Shown piece after piece: positions 19,177 through 29,644 of a DNA stretch of 64,000 nucleotides (its first letter is position 1; every line of letters starts with the position of its first letter). Origin of the DNA: Polyangiaceae bacterium LLY-WYZ-15_(1-7). GTDB lineage: Bacteria; Myxococcota_A; Polyangia; Polyangiales; Houyiibacteriaceae. Location: the NCBI GenBank assembly GCA_031800675.1, contig DAPKRU010000056.1, forward strand, positions 70,626 to 134,625. Reading direction: 5' to 3'. Under the pieces are notes generated by a model that saw nothing but the letters and a program-made list of their open reading frames with translations, was not told where the DNA came from and did not search any database. Both the position numbers and the translations under genes were made by a program.

Positions 19177-20648
19177 GCGCGCTCCTCGTCGCCTGCGTGC
19201 TCGTCCCCCTCGCCACGAGCCTGGGGACGGCGCTCCTCGGCACCCGGCCGCGGGCCCAGCGCGCGCTCAGCCTGGCCGGCGTCGCCGCCTTCTTCGCCTG
19301 CGCCGTCGCGCTGCTGGTCCACGTCGGGCGCGCGGGCACCCTGCGCTCCACGATGGGCGGCTGGCCGGCGCCCTTCGGCATCGAGCTCGTGGCCGATCCG
19401 CTCGGCGCCGGCATGGTCGTCATCACGGCGCTGATGGGCGCGGCGGTGCTCGTCTTCCAGCTCGCCGACGCCGACCCCGCGCCGGACCACCCCACCCTGC
19501 TCCCGATGACCCACGCGATGCTCGCAGCGGTCACCGGCGCCTTCCTCACGGGCGACCTCTTCAACGTCTACGTGTGGTTCGAGCTGATGCTCGTCTCCTC
19601 CCTCGGCCTGCTCGTCTACCAGGCGGGCGTCCGGCACCTCGAGGCGACCCTCAAGTACTTCGTCCTGAACGCCATCGGCACCCTGCTGCTCCTCGCCGGG
19701 GTGGCGTACCTCTACGCGGCGACCGGCCACCTCGGCTTCGGCGCCCTGGCGGCGGCGGCGCGCGACGCCGAGGCCGGGTCCCTCACCCCCTTCGTCGTGG
19801 TCGTCGCCCTGGCGTTCCTCGTCAAGGCGGGCGCCTTCCCCCTCTTCGCCTGGCTGCCCGCCTCCTACCCCACCCTGCCGGCGCCGCTGCTGGCGCTCTT
19901 CGCCGGGCTGCTGACCAAGGTGGGCGTCTACGCCTTGCTGCGGCTCTTCGGCGGCGTGTTCCCCATGACCTCGGCCTTCGTCTTCGAGGCGCTCGCCTGG
20001 ATCGCCGCCGCGACCATGCTCTTCGGCGTGCTCGGCGCGGCCTACCACTGGGACATGCGGCGCATCCTCGCCTACCACATCGTCAGCCAGATCGGGTACA
20101 TGCTGCTCGGCGTGGCGCTGGCGTCGGAGCGGGGGCAGCTGGGCACGATCTTCTACGTCGTCCACCACATCGTGGTGAAGGCGAACCTCTTCCTCATCGT
20201 GGCGCTCATCGCCCGCCACACCGGCAGCTACGACCTCCGGCGCTCCGGCGGCCTCTTCACCGCCCGCCCCGCGCTCGCGGCCCTCTTCGCCGTGCCGGCC
20301 CTCTCCCTGGTCGGCGTGCCTCCGCTCAGCGGCTTCTGGGCCAAGCTCCTCGTGGTGCAGGAGACCCTCGCGCAGGGGCGCTGGGCCCTCGCGGGCGTCG
20401 CCCTCCTGGTGGGCGCGCTGACCCTCTATTCGATGGCGAAGATCTGGATGGGGGCCTTCTGGAAGCCGCACCCGGACGACGACTGGACGCCGCCCACCGA
20501 CACGCGCCTCGGCCCGGCGTGGCTGGCGGCCGGGGTCCTGGCGCTCGTGACCCTCTTCATCGGCCTCTCCCCGGAGCCGCTCTTGCGCTTCGCCGCCTTC
20601 GCCGCCGAAGAGCTCCCCGCCGCCCTCCCGGAGGGGCTGACGCGATGA
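19173..20648 (+). CDS. mrpD: cation/H+ antiporter subunit D
   Basis: ATGA overlap with mrpC. 491-aa NuoM/N-like membrane protein (FNVYVWFELMLVSS, FLVKAGAFPLFAWLP). Confidence 0.9.
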   Translation: MSALLVACVLVPLATSLGTALLGTRPRAQRALSLAGVAAFFACAVALLVHVGRAGTLRSTMGGWPAPFGIELVADPLGAGMVVITALMGAAVLVFQLADADPAPDHPTLLPMTHAMLAAVTGAFLTGDLFNVYVWFELMLVSSLGLLVYQAGVRHLEATLKYFVLNAIGTLLLLAGVAYLYAATGHLGFGALAAAARDAEAGSLTPFVVVVALAFLVKAGAFPLFAWLPASYPTLPAPLLALFAGLLTKVGVYALLRLFGGVFPMTSAFVFEALAWIAAATMLFGVLGAAYHWDMRRILAYHIVSQIGYMLLGVALASERGQLGTIFYVVHHIVVKANLFLIVALIARHTGSYDLRRSGGLFTARPALAALFAVPALSLVGVPPLSGFWAKLLVVQETLAQGRWALAGVALLVGALTLYSMAKIWMGAFWKPHPDDDWTPPTDTRLGPAWLAAGVLALVTLFIGLSPEPLLRFAAFAAEELPAALPEGLTR

Positions 20649-21004
20649 CCCGTCTCCTCGTCGGCGCGAAGCTCGTGCTGCTCTTCCTGAGCGACGTCGT
20701 CCGCTCCGGCCTCTCGACGGCGTGGCTCATCGTGCGTCCGGGGCCGCGGCCGACGCCGGGGCTCTTGCGCATGCCCTTCTCCGGGCTGGACGCGCGGGGC
20801 GCCTCGGTCCTCGGCGCGATGATCACCCTGACCCCCGGGACCACCACCCTCGACATCGCCCTCGACGAGGAGAGCGGCCGCGGCGAGCTGCTCCTGCACC
20901 TCCTCGATCGCTCCGATCCCGAGGCCGCGGCGCGAGCGATCCGCCGGCGCTTCGAGGCGCCGCTGCGGAGGATCTTCCCGGCCTCCGCGGGGAGCGCCGC
21001 GTGA
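20645..21004 (+). CDS. mrpE: cation/H+ antiporter subunit E
   Basis: In-frame ATG at 20645 overlaps the mrpD stop (ATGA). 119 aa. ITLTPGTTTLDI is an MnhE-like motif. Confidence 0.8.
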   Translation: MTRLLVGAKLVLLFLSDVVRSGLSTAWLIVRPGPRPTPGLLRMPFSGLDARGASVLGAMITLTPGTTTLDIALDEESGRGELLLHLLDRSDPEAAARAIRRRFEAPLRRIFPASAGSAA

Positions 21005-21342
21005 CCTTGGCCCTGGCGATCGGAGCCGGCGCGCTGGTGGCGATCGGGCTCGCGGTGGGGCGCCTGCTCTCGGGGCCGCAAGAGGCGGACCGGGTCGTGG
21101 CCCTCGACGTGACCTTCGCCGCCAGCGTCGCGCTCACGGGCGCCGCGACCCTCGCGACCGGGCGCGCGCTCTTCCTCGACATCGGCGTGGGCCTCTCGCT
21201 GGTGGGCTTCGTGGCCACCATGGTGTGGGCCCGGCTCCTCGCGGCCTCGGCCGAGGAGGCGCTGGTGCAGGCGCCGGCGGAGACGGCCGAGACCGCCGAG
21301 ACGGCGGCGGCGGTGGACGAGTCGAAGGAGGAGGGCGCGTGA
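21001..21342 (+). CDS. mrpF: cation/H+ antiporter subunit F
   Basis: GTG at 21001 overlaps the mrpE stop (GTGA). A small three-TM protein with an acidic tail, in the position expected for mrpF. Confidence 0.8.
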   Translation: MTLALAIGAGALVAIGLAVGRLLSGPQEADRVVALDVTFAASVALTGAATLATGRALFLDIGVGLSLVGFVATMVWARLLAASAEEALVQAPAETAETAETAAAVDESKEEGA

Positions 21343-21665
21343 GCCTCGTCGCGCTCGCCATCGGTGGCCTCGGCGTGGCGCTCCTCGTCGTCTCGGCGCT
21401 CGGGCTCTTCCGGCTCCCGGACGCCCTGGCGCGGCAGCACGCGGCGACCAAGAGCAGCACGCTCGCGCTCGGCCTCGTCCTCCTCGGCGTCGCCCTCCAG
21501 GCGAACGACGGCGCCGTTTGGATCCGCGTCGGGCTCCTGCTCGGCTTCCTGGTCTTCACCCTCCCGGTCGCCTCCCACCTGCTGGCCCGCGCCGCCGCGC
21601 GGCAGGCCTACCGGCCCGAGGAGCTGCGCGAGGCGGAGAGGGTCGACCCTTCGGAGACGCCCTGA
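21339..21665 (+). CDS. mrpG: cation/H+ antiporter subunit G
   Basis: GTG at 21339 overlaps the mrpF stop (GTGA). LGLFRLPDALARQHAATKSSTLG is the conserved MnhG N-terminal motif. Confidence 0.85.
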   Translation: MSLVALAIGGLGVALLVVSALGLFRLPDALARQHAATKSSTLALGLVLLGVALQANDGAVWIRVGLLLGFLVFTLPVASHLLARAAARQAYRPEELREAERVDPSETP

Positions 21666-21740
21666 AGGCGACCGGGCCTGGCGGCGCTCCGCGGGCCGCC
21701 TCGTCGAAGCGCGCCCGCGTCTCCCGCGGCCACTCCGGGC

Positions 21741-23663
21741 TCAGAGGTTCGAGTTCTCCTGGCGCTTCTTCTCGAAGGCCGAGTGCCGCATCACGCTCAG
21801 GATCAGCGGCGCGAGGAGCAGGCCGAAGCAGAGGAGGATGGTGCCCGGGCTGCGGTCGTTGAGCTCGGCGACCAGGCGCACGGTTGGCGGCACCAGGCCG
21901 GCCGGGCCGCCGGGCTGGGGGTAGCGCTCCCAGAGCGGCTGGGTCTGGAGCACGTACTGGCCCGGCTCGAGGCCGTCCACGTACGCGGTCGACGACTTGG
22001 AGCCCTCGTTCCAGCTCCCGCCGTCGTAGCCCCGGTAGTAGCCGGTCTCCACGTAGAGCTCGTGCTGGCTGCCGGTGGTCTGGTTCACCAGCGTCGTCAC
22101 CAGGCCCACGTACTGGTTGTCCGCGCTCGTCGCGAGCTCGAGCCCGATCGTCGACGCCCCCGGCGGCACCTCGAAGGGCGTGCTCGTCGCCACGTACTGC
22201 GGGCTCACGTCGCTCGTCGGCGCCGGCGGCATGGGCACGTCGAGCACGGCCACCTTCGGGTGATCCTTGGCCACCTCGAAGACCCCGAAGAGCACCCCGA
22301 GCGCCACCATCAGCGCCCCGCCCACGGCGGCCACCCAGCCGAGCGAGATCGGGTTCGGCTGGCAGAAGCCCACGCCGAGCCGCGCCGGCGGGCTCCCGGA
22401 GAGCCCGAAGGCCTTCCACACCTTCTTCGGCTCGATGTACTTGCCCTCGGTCCACACGACCTCGCGGTCGTTCCGCTCCTCGCCGAGGTAGTGCGGCGGC
22501 GCGATGAAGTCGGTGGTCTGCGCCGTCTCCCCGGCCTCCACGCGCCAGTAGAACTCGCCCACCACGTGCTCGACGTGCGCCGCCTGCCGCGAGAAGAGCT
22601 TGTAGGAACGGCTCCGGAGCACGGCCCCATCGGCGGTCCGCGCGACGTCCCCCGCATGCGCCGGCTTCATCCAAGTCCAGTGGCCCTGGTCCTCCATGAG
22701 CCAGCGGTAGCCCTTCCCCTCGGCGTAGAGCAGGTACTCGCGCCAGCGGAAGGTCTCGCCCCAGCTCACGGTCGAGCGCTCGACGTAGCCGATGCAGATG
22801 ACGTCCTCGCCCTCGAGCTTCCCCTTCGTGCCGAGCGGGATCAGCGCGCCGAGCGTCGCCTCCTGGATGTCGCCGAGGAGCTGGAGCTGCCCGGCCTGGT
22901 AGTCGAGGAGCCCGTTGCACGCCCCGCAGGCCGCGCGCTGCGTCTGGTCGGGCACCTGGAGCGGCACGGGCGAGCCGCAGCGCGGGCAGCGGAGCCGGGA
23001 GGCGTCGACCTCCTGCACGGGCCGCTGCGCCGCCGAGCGCTCGAGGCGGAGCCGCGCCATGGGCAGCGCCTCGCCCACGTAGACCTTCGGCGCCTCGCTC
23101 CCGTCGCCGTAGTCGATGGTCGCGAAGGCGCCGTTCGGCCCGGCGAGGTCCACGTACCAGCCCTGCTCGCCGGAGCGCACGCCGAAGGGCAGCTCGCCCT
23201 CGGCCGAGAGCACGCGCGACTGGCCCTGCTCGTTCACGGCCCACATGCCGGGCACGCCCGGGAGGAAGGGCCCCTGCGCCCCCGGCGGGAGCTGCTGCCA
23301 GGCCGGCACGGGGCCGCTCGTCTGCCGTGGGAGCAGCCCGTACCACTGCCCCTGCGCCTTCGCGAGCCAGCCCCACTGCCGCGTCTGCGTGTTCTCGATG
23401 TACCACTCGTCCCAGGGCCCGCGGCCGTGGTCGAGCTGCAGCCGCCCGCCCACGACGTGCTCCTGGCCGTCGATGTAGATGCGGTCGCCCACCGTGAGCT
23501 CGGGCGCCGTCGGCACCAGATCGGAGACCTGGCCGATCGCCTGGAGCGCCGCCCCGCTCCGCACCACGGAGAAGCGGCAGAAGGGGCAGATCTTCGCGTA
23601 GGAGGCGCCCAGCTCGAAGGCGATGGGCCCGCCGCAGTTGGGGCAGTTGGCCTGGCGGGTCAC
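21741..23663 (-). CDS. DUF4178-type protein with two zinc-ribbon + DUF4178 modules and C-terminal TM segments
   Basis: GTG at 23663 overlaps the upstream stop (GTGA). CPNCGG...CPFC then GDRIYIDGQEHVVGG...WDEWYI...WGWL. CPRCGS...CGAC then GEDVICIGYVER...WREYLLY...YRWL. Confidence 0.75.
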   Translation of the reverse strand: MTRQANCPNCGGPIAFELGASYAKICPFCRFSVVRSGAALQAIGQVSDLVPTAPELTVGDRIYIDGQEHVVGGRLQLDHGRGPWDEWYIENTQTRQWGWLAKAQGQWYGLLPRQTSGPVPAWQQLPPGAQGPFLPGVPGMWAVNEQGQSRVLSAEGELPFGVRSGEQGWYVDLAGPNGAFATIDYGDGSEAPKVYVGEALPMARLRLERSAAQRPVQEVDASRLRCPRCGSPVPLQVPDQTQRAACGACNGLLDYQAGQLQLLGDIQEATLGALIPLGTKGKLEGEDVICIGYVERSTVSWGETFRWREYLLYAEGKGYRWLMEDQGHWTWMKPAHAGDVARTADGAVLRSRSYKLFSRQAAHVEHVVGEFYWRVEAGETAQTTDFIAPPHYLGEERNDREVVWTEGKYIEPKKVWKAFGLSGSPPARLGVGFCQPNPISLGWVAAVGGALMVALGVLFGVFEVAKDHPKVAVLDVPMPPAPTSDVSPQYVATSTPFEVPPGASTIGLELATSADNQYVGLVTTLVNQTTGSQHELYVETGYYRGYDGGSWNEGSKSSTAYVDGLEPGQYVLQTQPLWERYPQPGGPAGLVPPTVRLVAELNDRSPGTILLCFGLLLAPLILSVMRHSAFEKKRQENSNL

Positions 23664-24826
23664 GCGCCGCCTCCTTCCACGGCCGGCGCCTCCTTCGGAT
23701 CGGGAGCGGCCTCGCCCTCGCCCGCGCCCGTCGGGTCCCCCGGGGGCGGCGGGATCGTGCCCATCTTCTTGCGCCGCTCGCGCCAGCGGCGCCGCGCCAT
23801 CTCGCGCATGTCCACGGTGCGGTCCGCCTCGTCGACGATCTCCAGGCCGAGCAGCGTCTCGATCACGTCCTCCATGGTGACGATGCCGTCGACGCCCCCG
23901 TACTCGTCGACGACCAGGGCCAGGTGCTCGCGCGTCTCGACGAGCTGCTCGAAGAGCGTCGCCACGGGCAGCGTGTCGGGCACCACGTGGAGCTCGCGCA
24001 CCAGCCCGGAGACGGGCCGGTCGAGCTCGTTCTGCGCGGCCTTCAGGAAGAGCTCGTCCTTGAGCACGTAGCCGATGATGTCGTCGAGCGAGTCCTGGTA
24101 CACGGGGATGCGGCTGAAGACCATCGTGCTCCGCTGCCGCGTGTCGTCCTCGCCCGTCTCCCGCGCGCCCCGCGGGACCAGATCGCCGACGCGCGTCGTC
24201 GCCGGGAGCGCGAACATCACGGTGCGCGGCGTCATGATGTCGCGCGCGCGAAGCGAGCCGATGCGGAAGAGGTTGGTCAGGACGCGCGACTCCTTCGCGT
24301 CGAAGACGCCCTGCTCCTCCCCGAGCCGCGCCAGCGCCGCGATCTCCTCCTTCGAGATCGTCGTGCCGTGGTGCCGCGCCTTCATGGCCTTCGTGATCAG
24401 CTCGCTCATCAGCACCAGCGGGATGAGCGCCTTGATCATCCAGGGCAGGATGCGCGCCGAGAAGGGCGCCAGCCGCCGCCAGTACACGGCGCCGATGGTC
24501 TTCGGGATGATCTCCGAGACCACGAGGATGAGCAGCGTGAGCACGGCCGAGGCCACGCCCAGCCACTGGCTCCCGAAGACGACCTGCGCCTGCGCGCCGG
24601 CGCCCGCCGCGCCGATCGTGTGGGCGATGGTGTTCAGGCTGAGGATCGCCGCGAGGGGGCGGTCCACGTTCGCCTTCATGGCCTTCAGGGCAGCGCCGAC
24701 CTTCGGACTCTCCTCCTCGAGCTGGGCCGCGTAGGAGGGCGTCACGCTGAGGAGCACCGCCTCGAGGATCGAGCAGAGGAAGCTGAAGCCGAGGGCGATG
24801 CCGATGTAGACGAGGAGGAGCGTCAT
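23660..24826 (-). CDS. CNNM (DUF21) + CBS-pair membrane protein (hemolysin/CorB family)
   Basis: N-terminal CNNM TM domain (LEAVLLSVTPSY...ILSLNTIAHTIG), then a CBS region (ARDIMTPRTVMFAL...VVDEYGGVDGIVTMEDVIE). Confidence 0.85.
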   Translation of the reverse strand: MTLLLVYIGIALGFSFLCSILEAVLLSVTPSYAAQLEEESPKVGAALKAMKANVDRPLAAILSLNTIAHTIGAAGAGAQAQVVFGSQWLGVASAVLTLLILVVSEIIPKTIGAVYWRRLAPFSARILPWMIKALIPLVLMSELITKAMKARHHGTTISKEEIAALARLGEEQGVFDAKESRVLTNLFRIGSLRARDIMTPRTVMFALPATTRVGDLVPRGARETGEDDTRQRSTMVFSRIPVYQDSLDDIIGYVLKDELFLKAAQNELDRPVSGLVRELHVVPDTLPVATLFEQLVETREHLALVVDEYGGVDGIVTMEDVIETLLGLEIVDEADRTVDMREMARRRWRERRKKMGTIPPPPGDPTGAGEGEAAPDPKEAPAVEGGGA

Positions 24827-24893
24827 GGTCGGCGCAATTCGACGGGCGCGGTCGCCACGCTATCGCGGGGTCGGGCCGGGATAAAGGGGGGGC

Positions 24894-26297
24894 TCACGGA
24901 CGGGCGGCCACGGGCTCGGAGGCGGGCTCGGCGGCGGGCTCGGCGGCGGGCTCGGCGGGTTGGGGCTCGAGGGGGCTCGGGCCGGAGGTCGGCTGCAGCT
25001 CCGCGGGCACCTCGCCGTCGTGCCAGCGCGAGGTGATGAGGCGCGCGCCGCGCTTGAAGGTCACGTAGGACCAGAACCAGTTGAAGATCACGATGAAGCG
25101 GTTCCGGAAGCCCACCAGATAGAGGACGTGCACGAAGCACCAGGCGAGCCAGGCGAGGAAGCCCGTGAGCTGGAAGGGGCCCTGCACGACGGCCCGGGAG
25201 CGGCCGACGGTCGCCATCATGCCCTTGTCGAAGTACTCGAAGCGTTGGCGGGGCAGGCGCCGCACCTCGCGGCCGATCTGCTTGGCCACGTGCTCGCCCT
25301 GCTGGATGGCGACGGGCGCCACGCCGGGGAGCGGGTCCTCCTCCCCCTCGGGGACGAAGCAGGCCACGTCGCCGATGGCGAAGACGTCCGGGTGCCCGAG
25401 CACGCCGCAGGTCTCGTCGACGAGGACGCGCCCGCCCCAGTCGACGGTGAAGCCGATCTCCTCGGGGAGCGAGACGGCGCGCACGCCCGCGGCCCAGACG
25501 ACGACCGAGGCGTCGACGCGCTCCTCGGCGCCGTCTTCGGCGTCCACCGGGGAGAGGCGCACGCCGTCGGCGTCCACGTCCTCCACCCGGGTCGAGAGGC
25601 GCACCTCCACGTCGAGGTCCTCGAGCTGGCGCTGGGCCGAGTGGCTCAGCTCCTCCTCGAAGGGCGTGAGGACCCGGTCGGCCATCTCCACGAGGAGCAC
25701 GCGGATGTCCTCGGGGTGGATGTTGCGGTAGTCGCCGACGAGGACCTGGCGGCCGAGCTCGCTGATGGCGCCGGCCATCTCGACGCCCGTGGGGCCGGCG
25801 CCGATGACGACGAAGGTGAGGAGCTTGCGGCGGGTGGCGGCGTCCGGCTCGCGCTCGGCCGCCTCGAAGGCGAGGAGCACGCGCTCGCGGATGCTCAAGG
25901 CGTCGCGGAGGTTCTTGAGGCCCCAGGCGTGCTCGGCCCACTGGTCGTTGCCGAACCAGCTCGTCTTCGCGCCGCAGGCCAGGATGAGCCAGTCGTACTC
26001 GAGGTGGGTGCCGTCGCGGAGCGCGACCTCGCGGCGGTCCGTGTCGACGCCGACGACCTCGCCGAGGACCACGCGCGCGTTGTCCTGCTTGGAGAGGACG
26101 CCGCGGATGGGCACGGCGATGGACCCCGGCGCCAGGCCGGCCGTGGCCACCTGATAGAGGAGGGGCTGAAAGAGGTGGTGGTTCTGCCGGTCGACCACCG
26201 TCACGCGCACCGGCGAGCCCGCCAGCTCCTGGGCGGCCTTCAGGCCCCCGAACCCGGCCCCGACGATCACGACGTGCTTCTCGGCCTGCGAGCTCAT
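24894..26297 (-). CDS. ndh: type II NADH dehydrogenase (NAD(P)/FAD-dependent oxidoreductase)
   Basis: HVVIVGAGFGGLKAA and FVVIGAGPTGVEMAG dinucleotide folds, HHLFQPLLYQVATA. C-terminal (AAEP)n tail encoded by a 12-nt repeat at about 24915-24960. Confidence 0.9.
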   Translation of the reverse strand: MSSQAEKHVVIVGAGFGGLKAAQELAGSPVRVTVVDRQNHHLFQPLLYQVATAGLAPGSIAVPIRGVLSKQDNARVVLGEVVGVDTDRREVALRDGTHLEYDWLILACGAKTSWFGNDQWAEHAWGLKNLRDALSIRERVLLAFEAAEREPDAATRRKLLTFVVIGAGPTGVEMAGAISELGRQVLVGDYRNIHPEDIRVLLVEMADRVLTPFEEELSHSAQRQLEDLDVEVRLSTRVEDVDADGVRLSPVDAEDGAEERVDASVVVWAAGVRAVSLPEEIGFTVDWGGRVLVDETCGVLGHPDVFAIGDVACFVPEGEEDPLPGVAPVAIQQGEHVAKQIGREVRRLPRQRFEYFDKGMMATVGRSRAVVQGPFQLTGFLAWLAWCFVHVLYLVGFRNRFIVIFNWFWSYVTFKRGARLITSRWHDGEVPAELQPTSGPSPLEPQPAEPAAEPAAEPASEPVAARP

Positions 26298-26397
26298 GGG
26301 CGGAACCTAGGACCCCCGGGACCCGAGCGCGAGGGGAGGATCTCCACGTCCCCCGCCTCGCGCTTGCGCGCGGGCGCGGGTACGGGGCGAGAGCGGG

Positions 26398-28083
26398 TCA
26401 TTCGCGATCTTCGGCGAGCTTCTTGCCGCGGCGGAGCTTCGCCACGTGCTCGAGGAGCCAGCTCTGCTCGTGCTGCTTCGTGGCCGTGCTCTTCCACAGC
26501 ACGGCGCCGTCCGGGCCGAAGACGCGCAGCCCCTCGAGCTCGCGCCCGAGGTAGACGCGCCCGTCCGGATGCGCCTCGAGCGCGTCCTCGTACTGGTCGA
26601 TGAGCGGCTCGCCGGGCGCGAGGGGCCCGAGGAAGAGCGCGGCCTCGCTCGCCCCGGGCGCGAGCTTCCAGACATGCGCCCAGCGCTCGCCCTTCAGCGC
26701 GTCCGAGGGCGCGTGCTCGCCGAGCAGGTAGATCGTCCCGTCGCGCGTGACGGCGAAGGCCTCGAGGTCGTCGTGGAGCCCGGGCACGACCAGGGCCTGC
26801 TCGGCCATCAGGCGCCCGTCGCGGCCGTAGCGCGCGAGCCGCGTGCCGTCCTCGGCGACCAGGTAGAAGACGCCGTCCCAGCCGAAGCCGAAGAGGTCGC
26901 TCGAGCCCGGCGGAGAGACCGGGAAGTCCCCGAGCTTGCCCCAGCTCGGCGCGCGGCCCTCCCTCGGCGCCTTGGACGCGCCGCTCCAGAGCGGGAGGCG
27001 CTCGCCCGTGTCGAGGGAGAAGCGCCGGAAGGCCCGCTCGTCGCCGTCCTCCTCCCAGGTGCGGTGCACGAGCAGCGTGTCGTCCCAGTCGAGGGCGAAG
27101 CCGCGGAGGTCCTTCACGCGCACTCCGTCGAGCGTGCGCACGGGGGCGCCGTCCTTCGGGTCGAGGAGGCGCACGAAGTCAGGGTCGTCGGACCACTCGC
27201 CTTTGTCGACGAGCACGACCAGGCCCGAGCGCTTGGCGACCTGGAGCTCGGCGTCCTCGCTGAACTCGACGCCGTCCTGGATCCAGCGGAGGAGCCCCGC
27301 GTCGCCCACGCGCGCGACGCGCGCCGGGTGGCCGACCTCGCCGTCGTCGTCCGCCTCCCAGGCCACGATGAGCTCGCCCTCGGCGGTGATGGTGAAGTCG
27401 GCGAAGTCGCTGCAGTCGCTCGGGAGCACGCCCACGCCACCGGCCACGTCGAGGAGGGCCCACCAGCGCTGCACGGTCGCGACCGGGTGGAGCCGGAGCC
27501 AGATCTCGTCGGGCACCACCATGGCGTTGTCGCAGTAGGCGCAGGTCGGGCTCCGCTCCATGTCCTTCGAGAGCGGGAAGGCGGCGCCGCAGTGGTAGCA
27601 GTGGAAGCGGATGGACTTCGGGTCGGCGGCCTCGACCCGCTCCGCGCCGGCCGTCTCGCCGAAGACGCCGATGACGAGCGGGTGCGTGGCCTCGCGGAAC
27701 CAGGGGGGCGGGGGACGCACGGTGGCGCCCTTGCCGCAGGCGCCGCAGAAGAGCTCGCCGCCGCCGGCCGCGAGGCGCTCGCGGAGGGCATCCTCCGGGA
27801 AGGGCTCCTTGCAGTCGGGCTCGCAGCGGGCCTTCAGGCGCCCGTAGGTGAGCTGCACGCGCCACTGGCCGAGGATGGTGGAGTTGCGCCCCTCGCCCTC
27901 CGCGTAGCCGATGGCGGTGGCCGTGGGCTCGCCGAGCGCCGTCCGGAAGAGCTCCGGTGGGGTCTCGACGGTGGTGTGGCAGCGCGCGCAGAGCACGCTC
28001 TCGGTGGCGCCGTTGATCGGCAGCGGCTGCTTGCAGCTCGGACAGCCGATCGACAGCTCGTACATCACGCTCGCCAAGCTCAT
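26398..28083 (-). CDS. hypothetical protein with several CxxC zinc-ribbon-like pairs
   Basis: ATG at 28083 inside track ORF 26398..28233. CPSC...CARC, CGAC, CYHC...CAYC in the N-terminal part. The C-terminal half is repeat-like (possibly a beta-propeller). No family name recognised. Confidence 0.6.
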   Translation of the reverse strand: MSLASVMYELSIGCPSCKQPLPINGATESVLCARCHTTVETPPELFRTALGEPTATAIGYAEGEGRNSTILGQWRVQLTYGRLKARCEPDCKEPFPEDALRERLAAGGGELFCGACGKGATVRPPPPWFREATHPLVIGVFGETAGAERVEAADPKSIRFHCYHCGAAFPLSKDMERSPTCAYCDNAMVVPDEIWLRLHPVATVQRWWALLDVAGGVGVLPSDCSDFADFTITAEGELIVAWEADDDGEVGHPARVARVGDAGLLRWIQDGVEFSEDAELQVAKRSGLVVLVDKGEWSDDPDFVRLLDPKDGAPVRTLDGVRVKDLRGFALDWDDTLLVHRTWEEDGDERAFRRFSLDTGERLPLWSGASKAPREGRAPSWGKLGDFPVSPPGSSDLFGFGWDGVFYLVAEDGTRLARYGRDGRLMAEQALVVPGLHDDLEAFAVTRDGTIYLLGEHAPSDALKGERWAHVWKLAPGASEAALFLGPLAPGEPLIDQYEDALEAHPDGRVYLGRELEGLRVFGPDGAVLWKSTATKQHEQSWLLEHVAKLRRGKKLAEDRE

Positions 28084-28165
28084 CGCGCCCCCTCGAACGA
28101 GACGTACCGGGGAACGAAGAGCCAAAGCAACCCCGCCCCTACCCCCGAACCGAGCACCGACCCCC

Positions 28166-28406
28166 CACAGCGAGCGAAGCAAGCGCACCCCACGCCTCAG
28201 ACGTGCCTCACGAGCAACCCACCCGATCACCACGCCCGAGTCCCCTGCGAGCGCACCCGCGAGCGCAGCGAGCCCACCCCACGCCCCCGACGTGCCTCAC
28301 GAGCAACCCACCCGATCACCACGCCCGAGTCCCCTGGCCCCCACAGCGAGCGAAGCGAGCGCACCCACAGCGAGCGAAGCGAGCGCACCCCGCGAGCGCA
28401 GCGAGC
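28166..28406. repeat. composite direct repeats in the purT upstream spacer
   Basis: Perfect 48-nt copies at 28200-28247 and 28289-28336. CACAGCGAGCGAAGC(A/G)AGCGCACCC at 28166-28190, 28342-28366 and 28366-28390. CGCGAGCGCAGCGAGC occurs twice. Confidence 0.85.
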
Positions 28407-28444
28407 GTGGCGCGCGAGCGCCCCCCGTGGTTGGATGCGCGCCC

Positions 28445-29644
28445 ATGACGATCCGCCTCGGCACCCCGAACACCGCCACGAAGACGAAGGTCCTCCTGCT
28501 CGGCTCCGGCGAGCTCGGCAAGGAGGTCGCCCTCGAGCTCCAGCGCCTCGGCGTCCACGTCGTCGCCTGCGACCGCTACGACGACGCCCCGGCCATGCAG
28601 GTCGCCCACGCGCGCCACGTCTTCCCGATGCTCGACGCCGAGAAGCTCCGCGCGGTGGTCGAAGAAGAGAAGCCCGACTTCATCGTCCCGGAGATCGAGG
28701 CCATCGCCACCGACACCCTCCTCACGCTCGAGCGCGAGGGCCACACCGTCATCCCCACGGCCCGCGCCGCGCGCCTGACCATGGACCGGGAGGGCATCCG
28801 CCGCCTCGCCGCCGAGACGCTCGGCCTGCCCACCTCGCCCTATCGCTTCGCCGAGACCGAGGCCGAGTTCCGCGCCGCCGTCGAGGCCATCGGCCTGCCC
28901 TGCGTCGTGAAGCCCATCATGAGCTCGTCCGGCAAGGGGCAGAGCACGATCCGCGAGGCGTCGGAGATCGACGCGGCCTGGAAGACCGCCATCGAGGGCG
29001 CCCGCGGCACGAGCGGGCGGGTGATCGTCGAGGGCTTCATCGACTTCGACTACGAGATCACGCTGCTCACGGTGCGGCACCTCGACGGGGCCGGTGAGCC
29101 GACGACGAGCTTCTGCGCGCCGGTCGGGCACCGGCAGGTCGGCGGCGACTACCACGAGTCCTGGCAGCCCCAGCCCATGAGCGAGGCGGCGCTCGCGGAG
29201 GCCCAGCGCATCGCGAAGGCCGTGACCGACGACGTGGGCGGGCGCGGCCTCTTCGGCGTGGAGCTCTTCGTGAAGGGCGACACGGTCTGGTTCAGCGAGG
29301 TCTCCCCGCGGCCCCACGACACGGGCATGGTCACGCTGATCACGCAGGACCTGAGCGAGTTCGCGCTCCACGCGCGGGCGATCCTCGGGCTGCCGATCCC
29401 GAACATCCACCCGCACGGACCGGGGGCGAGCTACGTGATCCTGGGGCACGGAGAGAGCCAGGCGCCGGCCTTCTCCATCGATCCGGCCGCGCTGACGAAG
29501 CCGGACACGAGCCTGCGCCTCTTCGGCAAGCCCGAGGTGAAGGGCGAGCGCCGCCTCGGCGTGGGCCTGGCGCGTGGCGCCACCCTCGAAGAGGCGCGCG
29601 CGAAGGCGAAGGCGGTCGCCGAGGCCGTCACGGTCGAGATGTGA
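28445..29644 (+). CDS. purT: formate-dependent phosphoribosylglycinamide formyltransferase
   Basis: ATG at 28445 inside track ORF 27911..29644. [18 protein letters not shown]-grasp core [58 protein letters not shown]. Confidence 0.92.
   Translation: MTIRLGTPNTATKTKVLLLGSGELGKEVALELQRLGVHVVACDRYDDAPAMQVAHARHVFPMLDAEKLRAVVEEEKPDFIVPEIEAIATDTLLTLEREGHTVIPTARAARLTMDREGIRRLAAETLGLPTSPYRFAETEAEFRAAVEAIGLPCVVKPIMSSSGKGQSTIREASEIDAAWKTAIEGARGTSGRVIVEGFIDFDYEITLLTVRHLDGAGEPTTSFCAPVGHRQVGGDYHESWQPQPMSEAALAEAQRIAKAVTDDVGGRGLFGVELFVKGDTVWFSEVSPRPHDTGMVTLITQDLSEFALHARAILGLPIPNIHPHGPGASYVILGHGESQAPAFSIDPAALTKPDTSLRLFGKPEVKGERRLGVGLARGATLEEARAKAKAVAEAVTVEM

Noticed and set aside
28084-28444. Riboswitch (ZTP/pfl or purine) in the purT leader
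   Set aside because: I could not find the conserved cores I remember for these classes. The only CCGCC-type match lies inside the purT coding start. It needs an Infernal/Rfam scan, so I report it only as repeats.
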